A stretch of 64,000 nucleotides of DNA from Candidatus Magasanikbacteria bacterium RIFOXYD1_FULL_40_23 (GCA_001783215.1 MFRA01000001.1:62161-126160), one strand, 5' to 3'; counted from the first letter of the stretch, positions 37,168 to 44,862 are shown. Numbers and translations are program-made. The notes: generated by a model from the sequence alone, not told the origin.

Positions 37168-37367
37168 TAGGCAAACCCACCACTCTATTTGGAAATATAC
37201 CACTGGGGATATATAATCAATATACACCTAAGATGTGCCTAAAGTTACAATCTATACAAAAAATCAAAAACAGCCTTATCTAAAGCTGTTTTTTAATGGC
37301 GACGTCGTGGTATGCACGACGTCGGCGAGTCGTAATTCTTCTAAACCCGTATCATCAGTCCTGTGGA

Positions 37368-37634
37368 CTAGATGATCTCGAGTTCGACCCTCTCGTACTT
37401 GATTCCCGGATGGGTGGGCTCGTCCCAGTCGAAGTATAGCTCATACACCGCTTCGTCAACGGCAGCAGCGATCTCTTCTGGTGTTCCCAACAACATCGGC
37501 ATGGAGTCGTTGTCGTTTGCAGTCTCCTCGGTTTGAGGAGTGCTTCCGTTGTCTTCTAGAGACTGACCACGTTGATGGGTCATCAGCACGGATTCTGCAA
37601 GTGCGAGGAACTGCGGATCTTCAGGACGAATCAT
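37368..37634 (-). CDS. small acidic protein (88 aa), island 2
   Basis: AGGAG SD; MIRPEDPQFLALAESVLMTHQRGQSLEDNG...; own promoter. Confidence 0.5.
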   Translation of the reverse strand: MIRPEDPQFLALAESVLMTHQRGQSLEDNGSTPQTEETANDNDSMPMLLGTPEEIAAAVDEAVYELYFDWDEPTHPGIKYERVELEII

Positions 37635-37714
37635 TCAGTAGCTCCTAGGAGAGTGGGGTTTATCAATACGAGACGACGCGCAAGTTTGGTTGCGGTGTCT
37701 CATTATGACCAAAA

Positions 37715-37743
37715 ACCATACCATAAAATGTTGTTAAAGTCAA
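37715..37743 (-). promoter_or_regulatory. sigma70-like promoter TTGACT-17-TATGGT for 37368-37634
   Basis: minus strand cTTGACTttaacaacattttatggTATGGT. Confidence 0.5.
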
Positions 37744-37770
37744 GAGCGTAGGGTAGAAAATGATTAAAAT

Positions 37771-37817
37771 AAAAAAAGCCTCGCTTTCGCAAGGCGTCGC
37801 CGTGTATTTTGTTTTTT
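37771..37817. terminator. bidirectional intrinsic terminator
   Basis: aaaaaaagcctcgctttcgcaaggcg...tattttgttttttgg: hairpin GCCTCGC/GCAAGGC with A-run and T-run flanks. Confidence 0.55.
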
Positions 37818-37824
37818 GGCTGTT

Positions 37825-38184
37825 TTAGCCAACAATTATGGATCGCTTGACCCGATTTTCCGTAAGGTAATCAATCACTTCGGAAAGGTCTGGGTTGCTG
37901 TTTCGGATATCTCTGAAACGTGTGTTGAGCAGAGACTTTTTTCCAAAGATAGATCTTGCATACGGCAATCCATTTTGGACTATTCTCTTGACGTCGAAAC
38001 GTCTATCTTTGTTCGGCCCTTCGAAGATAACGACAGTTTCGTCATCTTCGACGATTACAGAGCAGCTCCAATCTTCTTCGCCCACCAACAGATGTGGTGG
38101 ACCAGAATCATCTTTGGGCGGTTCAAGTTTTAGCACGAGCAGGTTGATGCTGCGGAGCAAACCCATGATATGTTGTACCGTCAT
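37825..38184 (-). CDS. small protein (119 aa), island 2
   Basis: GGTGAGG SD; promoter TTGAAA-17-TATATT upstream; plus-strand overlapping ORF lacks signals. Confidence 0.5.
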   Translation of the reverse strand: MTVQHIMGLLRSINLLVLKLEPPKDDSGPPHLLVGEEDWSCSVIVEDDETVVIFEGPNKDRRFDVKRIVQNGLPYARSIFGKKSLLNTRFRDIRNSNPDLSEVIDYLTENRVKRSIIVG

Positions 38185-38217
38185 GGTGCCTCACCCTTTG
38201 GTTGTTTAGTATAGACG

Positions 38218-38246
38218 AATATACCACCAAACCTTTATTTTTTCAA
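38218..38246 (-). promoter_or_regulatory. sigma70-like promoter TTGAAA-17-TATATT for 37825-38184
   Basis: minus strand gcTTGAAAaaataaaggtttggtggTATATT. Confidence 0.5.
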
Positions 38247-38312
38247 GCTAAATTTACAACGTCACTCTTTAGCGGATGTTGCGTGGTATAACTTAATTAA
38301 GTCAAAAAAAAG

Positions 38313-38362
38313 ACCTCGTATTGAAGTTGCCTTGGGGGCTATTCAATACGAGGCTGAACGTC
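38313..38362 (-). terminator. intrinsic terminator of 38403-38798
   Basis: 12-bp stem CCTCGTATTGAA/TTCAATACGAGG with 16-nt loop, T8 on minus strand. Confidence 0.65.
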
Positions 38363-38402
38363 TTGGTCTGCTTTGCGACTGATGTCGCTGGTAGAACCTA
38401 GT

Positions 38403-38798
38403 CTACTGCTGAGCGGTGTTGCGGGGGTACAAGTAGATGTAGCACCCCGTGTCGTGCGAGTCGACCGCGTAGCCGGTCTGGTCCTTCTCGGCCTCGAGGC
38501 GGAGCTCGACGTTGGTCGGCAGGCTGCGGACGATCGCGTTGATCTCCTTGTTGGCCTTGGCGCAGGGGATGCGGCCGAGGCGAGCGCGGAGCTCGAGGTC
38601 CTGGATCTCCTTGATCGCGGCCTTGAGCTGCTTCTTGCTGATGCTCTTGGCAGCCGCGGCGCGCACGGGCTTCTTCTCGTTGGTGTCGTTCGCCTTCGAG
38701 ACGAAGCCGGCGTCGGCGTGGGCCGTGCTGATGCCGAGGTCGAACAGGGCGATGAAGCCGACGGTCAGGGCGATGGCGATGATGGCGATGCGGGTCAT
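38403..38798 (-). CDS. small secreted protein (131 aa, signal peptide), island 2
   Basis: MTRIAIIAIALTVGFIALFDLGISTAHA signal-peptide-like N-terminus; GAGGAG SD; lysine/alanine-rich mature part. Confidence 0.55.
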   Translation of the reverse strand: MTRIAIIAIALTVGFIALFDLGISTAHADAGFVSKANDTNEKKPVRAAAAKSISKKQLKAAIKEIQDLELRARLGRIPCAKANKEINAIVRSLPTNVELRLEAEKDQTGYAVDSHDTGCYIYLYPRNTAQQ

Positions 38799-38857
38799 GG
38801 GACTCTCCTCGGTAACGGGTTCGTAACGTTAACTGCTTGCCGGCGCACAAAGGTGTG

Positions 38858-38914
38858 CTTTTGTGCCGGGGAAGTGAAAGTGTAGCCTCTACACTCCCTT
38901 TTCCCTGGCAAAAC
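38858..38914 (-). promoter_or_regulatory. conserved structured 5' UTR hairpin, copy 2 of 3
   Basis: transcript reads cgttttgccagggaaaagggagtgtagaggctacactttcacttccccggcacaaaag; same outer arms UUUUGCCAGGG/CCCCGGCA.AAAA. Confidence 0.55.
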
Positions 38915-38945
38915 GCAAACAGTTATTATTAAAGATCAACAGACA

Positions 38946-38974
38946 ACTATACCATAAAACTAGGACTTTGTCAA
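38946..38974 (-). promoter_or_regulatory. sigma70-like promoter TTGACA-17-TATAGT for 38403-38798
   Basis: minus strand ccTTGACAaagtcctagttttatggTATAGT. Confidence 0.55.
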
Positions 38975-39040
38975 GGGGTTGATTTGGCGAAATCACGTCG
39001 CGTAGCGTCCATTGAACGCGACGTTTGGCTAATTTTAGGC

Positions 39041-39084
39041 AAAAAAACAGCGCTACCTACACCTAGTTGGTGAGTGGTAGCGCC
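39041..39084 (-). terminator. intrinsic terminator of 39116-39529
   Basis: minus strand gcgctaccactcaccaactaggtgtaggtagcgc then tgttttttt. Confidence 0.55.
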
Positions 39085-39115
39085 TGCGTTGGTACGGCTC
39101 TAGTCGCAGTTGCGA

Positions 39116-39529
39116 CTATGGCCAGATAAGTGGAATGTCCATGCTGGGGTAGATGGCCTCCAGGGTGTAGAGGTCCATGTCCATCACGGACAGGTACCAC
39201 TCGAAGTCGAAGAGTTCGACGGAAGTCGTGGGAGGGTTAGCATCCCACCAAGCACAGTTGCCAAACCGCCACCTTCGCAGAGCTTCGTAGTACTCCGCTT
39301 CCAGCTCGACAAGCTTGTCTCGACAAGCTTGGCTAGTCGTGCCGCCGATATAGCGACAGGTAAGCTTTGGGTATTGGAGCTGGCTCTCGGCGAGGGTGTA
39401 TCGCTGCTTCAGCTTCTTGCACGTATCGTAGTCGTACGTGCCCGAGGGTGGCGTATCGGCATAGGCCGTGCCGACGTTCGGCAGCAGCATGCCCAGAGCA
39501 ATACACATCGCGATCAGGATCTTCACCAT
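39116..39529 (-). CDS. small secreted Cys-containing protein (137 aa), island 2 (start at MVKILIAM)
   Basis: GGAGAG SD before internal Met; MVKILIAMCIALGMLLPNVGTAYA signal peptide; four Cys in mature part. Confidence 0.55.
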   Translation of the reverse strand: MVKILIAMCIALGMLLPNVGTAYADTPPSGTYDYDTCKKLKQRYTLAESQLQYPKLTCRYIGGTTSQACRDKLVELEAEYYEALRRWRFGNCAWWDANPPTTSVELFDFEWYLSVMDMDLYTLEAIYPSMDIPLIWP

Positions 39530-39564
39530 TTCTCTGTCTCTCCAATTTCTTCTGTGACGGTTGA

Positions 39565-39619
39565 TTTTTACCAAGACGAAAGAAGCTACGAATTTCGCAT
39601 ATTCTTTTATCTCGGTAAA
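39565..39619 (-). promoter_or_regulatory. conserved structured 5' UTR hairpin, copy 3 of 3 (with compensatory ACC:GGU for GCC:GGC)
   Basis: transcript reads ctttaccgagataaaagaatatgcgaaattcgtagcttctttcgtcttggtaaaaat. Confidence 0.55.
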
Positions 39620-39652
39620 GAGCAGACCGCTTGGTTAAATGAGCGATTCGCC

Positions 39653-39682
39653 ATCTTATATTAAAAAATGCCTTTTGTCAAT
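39653..39682 (-). promoter_or_regulatory. sigma70-like promoter TTGACA-17-TAAGAT for 39116-39529
   Basis: minus strand taTTGACAaaaggcattttttaataTAAGAT. Confidence 0.45.
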
Positions 39683-39699
39683 AGTCGGACTAGTAGATC

Positions 39700-40010
39700 A
39701 TTTTCAAAAATCCTTGATTTTACTTTGATTTACATGTAAAATAATCGCGTTCTTACCATTTTGTATAGCTTAACCACTTCGCGTATGGAACAGGAATAAT
39801 TACAAAATCTTCCAGTCGTGATTACCAGATTTTGTCCTTTAAAATCATCGAAAGTTTTGGTGCTTCTATTGCAGTACCAGTGGTAAGATTTGTTCTAATC
39901 GGTCAATACTTTGATAAAAAATATAACTTATAACCGTTGTTTACTGTTATAGCCTTTGTGCTGGCCGCTGCCACCACTCAAAACGCAAAAAAACTATTTA
40001 GTAAAATGAT
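39700..40010 (+). pseudogene. decayed duplicate of atp-operon promoter plus atpZ/atpI-like gene (direct repeat of 43355-43660)
   Basis: ~85% identical by eye to 43355-43660 including TTGA(t/c)T promoter; reading frame broken: atggaacaggaaTAA after 4 codons and second in-frame TAA where intact copy has LSP. Confidence 0.7.
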
Positions 40011-40023
40011 GTTATAATTAAGT

Positions 40024-40854
40024 ATGAATGAAATAAAACACGGAATGGATCCGGAGACTGCTCGAGAAGAGGGAAGAAAATCTGTTCGTGAAACGCTAGC
40101 GCATACGTTAGGGTTTATTGCTCAGCGCATAGATGCGGAAGGGTTAGATTCGCTAGAGGACGATGCGGTTAAAGCTTTGTGTAGTTATAGAATGGGAGAT
40201 GCGCTTAGGGTGGAAGTTGAGATTCCAAAATCAATAAGGAAGTTTTTTGCAGAACGAAAAGATTTTTCCGTTTTAAAAAAAGTTTTAGAAGACACAACCG
40301 AAACGATGAATAAAATTATCTCCAATCCCGATATCTTTGTTACTGGTACTTCTGATTCAGAAGAACAGAAAATAATTAATAAACAACTTGTTACAGAACG
40401 CGACCAGGCTGAAAGTTTGTATAGAGTATTGGTTTGGAAAGCTGTGCTGCACCATCTTGCTCCTACAGATATTGCTGGTTTTACAGAATTTTGTGAATGT
40501 ATAGAGCGTTATGATGCAATGCTTGTGTCGCGAGGTATAACACGTAAGGCAGCCTCTAGCTTGCTTGGAAACCGCTTTTTCTTATTGGAAAAATCGCAAA
40601 GTTGGGTAGAAAAATTGTCGCACCCGGAAGGTGCGAAAAATCGGCCATTTTCTGAAGCTGAACCGAACTTAGAGAGTGTGAGCAACTATATTGTTGATGG
40701 TAATTCCGCTGAATGGGTCGAGGGCTATGCCGCTCAGAATGTTCAATTTAAAACAGATTTAATAGAAAAGATCCATTCTTTTATAGATATTAATGAAGAG
40801 GTAAGTGTACGGGCTAGTGAATGGTTAAAAAATCAGCAGTCGCTAGAAAATTAA
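40024..40854 (+). CDS. hypothetical protein (276 aa), cassette gene 1
   Basis: hydrophilic ORF, no motif assigned. Confidence 0.5.
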   Translation: MNEIKHGMDPETAREEGRKSVRETLAHTLGFIAQRIDAEGLDSLEDDAVKALCSYRMGDALRVEVEIPKSIRKFFAERKDFSVLKKVLEDTTETMNKIISNPDIFVTGTSDSEEQKIINKQLVTERDQAESLYRVLVWKAVLHHLAPTDIAGFTEFCECIERYDAMLVSRGITRKAASSLLGNRFFLLEKSQSWVEKLSHPEGAKNRPFSEAEPNLESVSNYIVDGNSAEWVEGYAAQNVQFKTDLIEKIHSFIDINEEVSVRASEWLKNQQSLEN

Positions 40855-40858
40855 ATAA

Positions 40859-41806
40859 TTAGTTTGTTATATCATCTTCTTTATCAAAAGAAAATTGACC
40901 ATCAGGACAGTTGAAAAGTTTATCAAATAGTAGGCGGGGATCAGGGTATTTTGTTATTACACTATGGAAGGCTTGTGCAATCTCATTCCCTCCATCATTT
41001 TCTGCACTTTGCTCTCCAGCAGTATGGTTTGAAGGAAGCAGGTCTTCAAATTCCTCTAACTGACGTAGCGTTTCGGTAGACAACTCCGGCGGGTAATGTA
41101 TGTTATAATCATATAGTCTCTGGCTAGCGGCAAAGCTTTCCATTGCGTCTTCGGGAGATTCGCCCGGTTCAAGGTTTATTGTAGCGGTTATATTTCCGTT
41201 TTTTACCGCTTGGGTTGATTTATTATCTGCAATTATTTCCAATTCTTTACGGCGTGCTTCTGGAACAAGTTTCATGTAGTGTGCGGGAATCTCAACGCTA
41301 GAAGCGTACTGCACTATTTGATTTTCTAAAAAAATAACAAATGTATCGCGAGCTACAGTCAAAATATCTTTATTATTACTACGGTATTCTAGGAGTAAAT
41401 ATGCCCTTTGAGGCAGTAGCTGTTCTACTATTACCGATAAGGCAGTACGCTGAAATCCGGGAAGTTTTTCCCATATTCCTTTTAGTGCAGCTTCATTTAT
41501 TTTAATTTTTTCGATCGGGGTCCAGTCTGGATTAAAGTTGTTTCGTACACCCTCGAGACTATATAATAGTAACATAGCTACAAAAGCCGGTAAATCTCTT
41601 GCGGTGGCCATTAAATTTTTATCCTCTAGTACTCGTAAGTATTGTGCTTCGGCAGGGGTTAGTGGTTTTTGGTTTTCTACAGCAAGCATCTTTTCGTATT
41701 CATCAACTAAACTGTTGTAAGCTTTTTTTGACTCTGGAGATAGGATAAGTTCTAAGGATGGTTCATCGGCCGTCAGTGCGTCAAAATGGTGTCTTTGATT
41801 ATCCAT
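40859..41806 (-). CDS. hypothetical protein (315 aa), cassette gene 2, convergent with gene 1
   Basis: hydrophilic acidic ORF on minus strand, stops 5 nt from gene-1 stop. Confidence 0.5.
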   Translation of the reverse strand: MDNQRHHFDALTADEPSLELILSPESKKAYNSLVDEYEKMLAVENQKPLTPAEAQYLRVLEDKNLMATARDLPAFVAMLLLYSLEGVRNNFNPDWTPIEKIKINEAALKGIWEKLPGFQRTALSVIVEQLLPQRAYLLLEYRSNNKDILTVARDTFVIFLENQIVQYASSVEIPAHYMKLVPEARRKELEIIADNKSTQAVKNGNITATINLEPGESPEDAMESFAASQRLYDYNIHYPPELSTETLRQLEEFEDLLPSNHTAGEQSAENDGGNEIAQAFHSVITKYPDPRLLFDKLFNCPDGQFSFDKEDDITN

Positions 41807-41960
41807 AAATCAAATTTAATTTAAAAACTTATTAATATACTAACATCTTAATTCTAAGACAGTCAATTCAAGCTTTTATTTAGTTGATTTTTCTATTAAA
41901 AAGGGCTAAACTTTCCATGTCCCCACCTTTAATTTATAAGATTTTATTTAATATAATAGT

Positions 41961-42440
41961 ATGGCCGAGCATTTTGAAGGCGGTTATCATTCAAAAGAAG
42001 AACCGACAACAGTCGAAGTAGATCAAGACGAAGAATGGAAGTTTGCTTCGGCCCCAGCCGTTATTGAAACAACAGGGCTTGGTCCTTGCTTTGGTATAAT
42101 TATTTATGATCCCGAAAGCAAGTCTGCCTTTCTCGGGCATTTTGTTGACCCCCGTACAAATGGTTTTGATGGCATGCTAGCAGAAGCTAAAAAACATTTC
42201 AAAGATTTTACCAATTTGCAGGCATATGTTGGTGGAGGTGAACCAAATCCCGACGATGCTCCCTATTTTAAAGAAGACAAAGCCAAAAGAACCTTTGTAA
42301 AAAACAAGTTACTTCAAAGCGGGTTTAACAAGGAGAAGCTCAAAATTAAATATCAGGACTCAAACCAAAGTACGATTTTAAGAATTGATACGGTTACTGG
42401 AAACGTAGATTGGGACACCGAAGACGAGGATAACTATTGA
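41961..42440 (+). CDS. CheD-like (glutamine deamidase fold) protein, cassette gene 3
   Basis: TTGLGPCFGIIIYDPESKSAFLGHFVDP matches CheD catalytic-Cys block (T.LGSCV.V.LYDP....GG..H.MLP); 159 aa = CheD size; TATAAT ends 3 nt before ATG (possibly leaderless). Confidence 0.45.
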   Translation: MAEHFEGGYHSKEEPTTVEVDQDEEWKFASAPAVIETTGLGPCFGIIIYDPESKSAFLGHFVDPRTNGFDGMLAEAKKHFKDFTNLQAYVGGGEPNPDDAPYFKEDKAKRTFVKNKLLQSGFNKEKLKIKYQDSNQSTILRIDTVTGNVDWDTEDEDNY

Positions 42441-42501
42441 CACCTCTTAAATGTTCCACTACCCAGAATAAACGATTTTTTATTATTTAAATTTTATTTA
42501 T

Positions 42502-43341
42502 ATGGGAGAACGAAGGAAAAACCCCTCAGAAGCAGTGGGTGCTGGTAAAAAAGAAAAACATGAATTTAAGTTTAAGGAATTAAGCGAGGAAGAAAGATAT
42601 GATGAAGCGAAAAAAAACGCTCGTATGGTTCTCAAAGAACTTGCTCCGGCAGGTTCTACCGATGATACTCAGGTGGCATATCACTGGAACGAACACGACT
42701 TTGATTCCAATCCGAAAATAGCAACTATTGGAGAATTGCGTATAATGATAGAGCACATGGAAGATTGTAATGCGGGAGGGCCAGGGTATCCTGGTATGCG
42801 TTTTACTATTTCTCATTTAAGTGTGGGGGATGAATTTGTAAGGCGTGAACGCGTGGTATCTTTTTGTCGTGAGGCTAGGTTAAAAAATTTATCCAAATGG
42901 GGTCCGTTAGAAGACGACGCTGTTATTTGGGTAACCACCACGAAACGCCCGCAACCAAGGAAAACAATAGTGAGAGAGTGGTTGGGAATGTTGGGAAAAT
43001 TAGATTACGCTGCTGCAGAAGCAGATAACGAAATGGGAGGGGAACACATTGTTTCTATTGATCCAAATTTTGATCCAAAAAAATGGGACGAGGAAAACCG
43101 TAGAGAACAGGTTGGAATGATACAAAAGGTAATTGATGCTGTAGAAAACCGGGGCCGATTGTTAGAAGGGTTAGAAGCAAGAAAAGACAAGTCTCTAGTA
43201 CGCCTTTTTTTTCCTAAGACTGGCGAGAGTATCACTCTAACGCCTAAAAAAATGCGTTTACATATTCAGTCATTATCACGTGGTGTTCTTGAAGACCAGG
43301 AGCCAATTTTTACCGACGTCTATGCATCTGAGGATAATTAA
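42502..43341 (+). CDS. hypothetical protein (279 aa), cassette gene 4
   Basis: hydrophilic ORF, no motif assigned. Confidence 0.5.
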   Translation: MGERRKNPSEAVGAGKKEKHEFKFKELSEEERYDEAKKNARMVLKELAPAGSTDDTQVAYHWNEHDFDSNPKIATIGELRIMIEHMEDCNAGGPGYPGMRFTISHLSVGDEFVRRERVVSFCREARLKNLSKWGPLEDDAVIWVTTTKRPQPRKTIVREWLGMLGKLDYAAAEADNEMGGEHIVSIDPNFDPKKWDEENRREQVGMIQKVIDAVENRGRLLEGLEARKDKSLVRLFFPKTGESITLTPKKMRLHIQSLSRGVLEDQEPIFTDVYASEDN

Positions 43342-43372
43342 TTTTTACCAAAGGCATTATTTTTCAAAAACC

Positions 43373-43401
43373 TTGACTTTTCTAGGATTTATATGTAAAA
43401 T
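43373..43401 (+). promoter_or_regulatory. sigma70-like promoter TTGACT-17-TAAAAT of atp operon
   Basis: ccTTGACTtttctaggatttatatgTAAAAT; duplicated (degenerate) at 39712-39740. Confidence 0.55.
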
Positions 43402-43443
43402 AGTCGCGTTCTTACCGTTTTATATAGATTCGTTACTTAACGT

Positions 43444-43719
43444 ATGGAACCGCAAAACCCACAAAAATCTTCCGGCCGTGATTACCAGATATTGGCCTTC
43501 AAAATCATCGGAAGTTTTGGTGCTTCTATCGCAGTGCCGGTAGTAGGATTTGTTCTAATCGGTCAATACTTTGATAAAAAATATAGCTTGTCACCGCTGT
43601 TTACTATATTAGCCTTTGTGCTGGCCGCTGCAATTTCTGCAAAGATAATCCACAAACAAGCAAAAAGTTTTGGCGCAGAATACAAAAGGTTAAATGATGC
43701 TGGAAAGATAATCAAGTAA
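43444..43719 (+). CDS. AtpZ/AtpI-like small membrane protein preceding atpB
   Basis: 91 aa, two hydrophobic segments, position immediately upstream of F0 a-subunit. Confidence 0.5.
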   Translation: MEPQNPQKSSGRDYQILAFKIIGSFGASIAVPVVGFVLIGQYFDKKYSLSPLFTILAFVLAAAISAKIIHKQAKSFGAEYKRLNDAGKIIK

Positions 43720-43723
43720 ATTT

Positions 43724-44518
43724 ATGTCAGAAATACACATTCCAACTCTGGCTCCGGAAACAATATTTCATATTGGCAAGTTTCCGATTACCAACACTAT
43801 GGTAAATGTCTGGTTGGCTATTGCGTTATTTTTAATCCTAGGACTATTTTTACGAAAACAAATAAAACTCAAACCAGGAAAAACTCAAAACTTTATAGAA
43901 TATTTCTTAGAAAAACTTTTTGTATATTTTGACCAGGTAACCGGAAGCCGCAAAAAAACAATGCAGTTTCTGCCAATTACCGGGTCAATTTTTTTCTTTA
44001 TATTATTATCTAACTGGTTAGGCTTACTCCCTGGTACCGGTAGTATTTTTGTTGGAGAAGCGCCACTACTTCGTCCAGCAAATACAGATTTAAATCTTAC
44101 CGTGGCTATGGCACTTGTCTCTGTTATTTCCTCACACCTGTTTGGATTATTTAGCGTAGGTGTATTTACACACTTAAATAAATTTATTCAGATTGGTACA
44201 TTTTTCAAGAGTCTTACCAAAGGTCCGATTGCAATTTTTACAGCTATTATAGAATTAGTGGTAGGTCTTATCGAAATTATTAGTGAAATGGCCAAAGTGT
44301 TGTCTTTATCTCTCAGATTATTTGGAAATATTTTTGCCGGAGAAGTTCTTATTACTGTAATCAGTAGTATTGCGGTGGCAATTGTGCCGGCTCCATTTAT
44401 GATGCTAGAGCTTTTGGTAGGTTTAATTCAGGCCAGCGTATTTACAATGCTTACACTTGTATACCTAACTGTTTTAACTACCAAACCACATGGAAGTCAT
44501 GACGAAGAAAAACATTAA
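43724..44518 (+). CDS. atpB: F0F1 ATP synthase subunit a
   Basis: LSLSLRLFGNIFAGEVL conserved Arg region of subunit a. Confidence 0.9.
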   Translation: MSEIHIPTLAPETIFHIGKFPITNTMVNVWLAIALFLILGLFLRKQIKLKPGKTQNFIEYFLEKLFVYFDQVTGSRKKTMQFLPITGSIFFFILLSNWLGLLPGTGSIFVGEAPLLRPANTDLNLTVAMALVSVISSHLFGLFSVGVFTHLNKFIQIGTFFKSLTKGPIAIFTAIIELVVGLIEIISEMAKVLSLSLRLFGNIFAGEVLITVISSIAVAIVPAPFMMLELLVGLIQASVFTMLTLVYLTVLTTKPHGSHDEEKH

Positions 44519-44640
44519 GTAGTTTGTTTAGTTAGTTAGCCCCCGGGTTAGTTAACTAATAGTCTAATTAATTAAGATGTCGCTCCGCGAGGTAAAACCC
44601 AAACCCCCTCGACCGGATTTGATATCAGAAAGGTAAAAAT

Positions 44641-44862
44641 ATGGAACATGAGTCCATCGTAGTTTTGGCCAAGGGTCTTACCATGGCTATCGGCGGTTTT
44701 GCTCCAGCTCTTGCTATCGGCAGTTTGGTAGCCAAGGCCATGGAAGCTATCGGTCGCAACCCAGAAGCATCCGACAAATTGTTTGTACCGATGTTGCTTG
44801 GTGCAGCTTTTGCTGAAGCTATTGCTATTTACGCATTGGTTGTAGTATTTACTTTGAAATAA
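44641..44862 (+). CDS. atpE: F0F1 ATP synthase subunit c
   Basis: 73-aa hairpin proteolipid, GLTMAIGGFAPALAIG ... AIGRNPEA. Confidence 0.9.
   Translation: MEHESIVVLAKGLTMAIGGFAPALAIGSLVAKAMEAIGRNPEASDKLFVPMLLGAAFAEAIAIYALVVVFTLK

Noticed and set aside
36092-39664. Overlapping ORFs on the plus strand and in alternative minus frames within the GC-rich island (36092-36292, 36562-36858, 36674-36943, 36590-37183 alternative frame, 37816-38133, 37895-38209, 38373-38885, 38398-38850, 38512-38826, 39110-39664, 39333-39545, 39367-39564).
   Set aside because: They are Arg/Ser/Gly/His-rich, the pattern expected from alternative frames of GC-rich DNA. They mutually overlap and lack promoter and SD signals. 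The minus-strand frames listed as features have a promoter, an SD, a terminator and plausible composition.
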